Positions 61,778-64,000 of a stretch of DNA of 64,000 bases are shown here, in pieces (the stretch's first letter is position 1; each line of letters begins with the position of its first letter). Origin of the DNA: Podarcis melisellensis (lineage: Eukaryota). Under the pieces are notes generated by a model. It was not told the origin of the DNA and did not search any database. It saw only the letters and a program-made list of their open reading frames with translations. The position numbers and the translations under genes were made by a program. The stretch lies in the NCBI GenBank assembly GCA_964234715.1, contig OZ174281.1. One strand, given 5' to 3'.

Positions 61778-64000
61778 CTCAGAGGACACCAGAAGCCTCT
61801 TATTTGTGCTTATTAGCTGGTTATATATTGCAGGGTCACATCTTGTGATAGTGCTCTGGCGGCTCCCCATAGGGCTGGGAGCAAAGGGCATTTTGTACAG
61901 AAGTTCACTCTGGCGAGAGTCCGTGGTGAGGACCTGCTGGTAGAAGTTTGGAGGAGTAAATCCACTCCGCACAGTGTCTATGTGGTTGAAAGGCCCCGGG
62001 GTTCTATAAAGGGAGCTTCTGGAGGCTTTGAATATATCCTTGGATTGCCTCCACTTGTAAAATTTATAAATCCCCACCCCAACCACGGTGACAAAGAAGG
62101 CCACTGAGATCAAGATGACAGCAATGATTAAATAGAAAGTCAAGTGCTTCTTTGTTTGGGGTGTAGTGGAGACAGCAGTCAAGTCTGTCAGTGTCTCCCT
62201 AGATGTCTCTGCTACATCTACAGCAAGGGTCACTGTGGAGGACAAGGCAGGCTCCCCATTGTCTTTTATTAAGATGAGCAATGTTTGCTTGCGAGAATCT
62301 TCTTCTTGCAGAGAACGAGCTGTACTTATCTCCCCAGAATGCAGCCCCACAGTGAACAGCCCTGGGTCAGTGACCTGAAGGAAGGAATACGAGAGCCAGG
62401 CATTGTAACCAGAATCTGCATCCCAGGCCACAATTTTTGTGACCATGTAACCAGGGCTGACTGTGGGTGAGATGACTTCTGAGAGCGAAGAACTGTTGTT
62501 TGAGTTTGGGTATAAGAGCCTGGGTGCATTGTCATTCTGATCCGTGACAAAAACATTGACAGTGATGTTAGTGGCGAGAGGCGGGAGGCCGGCATCACGA
62601 ACCTGGACCACTAGCCTGAACTCCATGGTGCCCTCATGGTCCAAGGGGACTAGGACATATATACTGCCATTTTCCCGATTAATAGAAAAATACCTGCCCG
62701 CCAAGTCTCCCGAGGACATGGGACTATCCAGGATGGAGTAGGAAAGGTGGGAATTCCGGTTCAGATCTGGGTCAGAGGCACTGATGTTAAAGATCAGGGT
62801 CCCTGGAAGGTTGTTTTCCTCCACGTACACATCATAGGAGGATTGTGGAAATTTAGGAGGGTTGTCATTTACATCAGACACTTTAACCAGTATTTGCTTT
62901 TCTGCCATGAGTGAAGGTGTGCCTGCATCCTGAGCTGTGATGGTGATGTTGTACTCAGAGACAAGTTCCCTGTCCAAGGGTCCTTTGGTCTGTAAGGTAT
63001 AATAATTTTTAAGGGAAGAGCTGAGGGCAAAAGGGATCCCAGAAGGTATAAAGCAATTTACTAAGCCATTATCACCAGAGTCCTGATCCGTGACACTCAG
63101 CAACGCAATCACAGTCCCTGGAGCCGCGTCTTCTGGTATTGGGCTGTACACCGACGTCACTGTTATTTCTGGGGTGTTGTCGTTCACATCCACAATCTCT
63201 ACCAGCACTTTGCAATGAGCGACACCAGGATTCGAACCCTTATCTTTTGCCTGGATATAAATCTCATAAAATTTGGCTTCTTCAAAATCCAGCAACCCCT
63301 TCAGCCTCAGTTCTCCAGTGGCAGAGTCTAGGGCAAAGAGCTGTCGGATTCTGGCAGGGGTGTGACTGCTGAAAGAGTACACAATCTCCCCATTGGGGCC
63401 TTCGTCCAGGTCGAAGGCTCTGGTTTGGACAACCAGGGTGTTCAAGGGTGTGTCTTCTTTCACGCTGGCTCTGTAGATGGACTGGTTGAAGACAGGGGCG
63501 TTGTCATTTGCATCCAGGACGTCAACCAGCACCTGCAAGCTGGCCGATCGGGGTGGGGTCCCTCCATCCATCGCCGTGAGAACCAGCTGCACTTCCCGCT
63601 GCTGCTCCCGGTCCAGCTCTTTCTCCAGCACCAGCTCCGCATACTTCGTCCCGTCGCCTCGCGTCTGCACGTCCAGCACGAAGTGCGGGTTGGCGCTGAG
63701 CTGGTAGGTCTGCAGAGAGTTGCTTCCCACGTCGGGGTCCTGCGCGCTCTCCAAGGGGAAACGCGCCCCGGGGGTCACCGACTCGCTGATCTCCAGCTTC
63801 ATCTGCTTGCTCTGGAAAGCCGGGTCGTTGTCGTTGACGTCCTGGATCTCCACGGTCACGCCGTACAGCACCAGCGGGCTCTCGGCCACCACCTCCAGGC
63901 TGAGCGCGCACGGCGAGAGGGCCCCGCAAAGTTCCTCGCGGTCGATGCGCTCGCTCACCAGCAACTTCCCGCTGCCCAGGTCCACCTCGAAGTACTTTCG
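61778..64000 (-). CDS. PCDHGC3: Protocadherin gamma-C3 variable exon (5' end lies beyond the window; EC1 part to EC6, TM, variable cytoplasmic domain)
   Basis: Open frame with cadherin DRE/DxNDN motifs. C3-specific stretches match human C3 from memory: EIYIQAKDKG.NP..AHCKVLVE, TSVYSP.PEDA, SSLKNY, KWRQSKD...SSLYRTPGP, LTTDSR, CDP. Donor GAG|GTAATG at 61778/61777, phase 0. Confidence 0.93.

Noticed and set aside
41003-63929. Many antisense and alternate-frame ORFs inside the protocadherin exons
   Set aside because: Shadow ORFs caused by codon bias of the sense frame.

Overview
Vertebrate genomic DNA, very probably from a squamate and likely a lacertid lizard (inferred from Sauria SINE, CR1, L2, RTE, Penelope and MITE repeats). 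The window holds the 3' end of the clustered protocadherin-gamma (PCDHG) locus on the minus strand. There are five intact C-type variable exons: gamma-C3 (5' end outside the window), a gamma-C4-related exon, gamma-C5, and two extra C-type exons downstream of C5 that human and mouse lack. Each ends in a phase-0 GT donor that can splice to three shared constant exons (59 bp, 89 bp and a terminal exon), followed by a likely ~2.6 kb 3' UTR. Manual translation of the apparently empty 7.5 kb between C3 and the next intact exon reveals up to three heavily decayed variable-exon relics. The best preserved carries gamma-C4-diagnostic EC1/EC2/EC4 motifs, suggesting the direct orthologue of the isoform essential in mice is dead here and a divergent paralogue survives. 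Downstream of the cluster is a CpG-island promoter (RFX X-box, NRF1-like, GC-box) of an unidentified, probably minus-strand transcript; no DIAPH1 exon was recognised. All protein comparisons are by eye against recalled human sequences and need computational confirmation.
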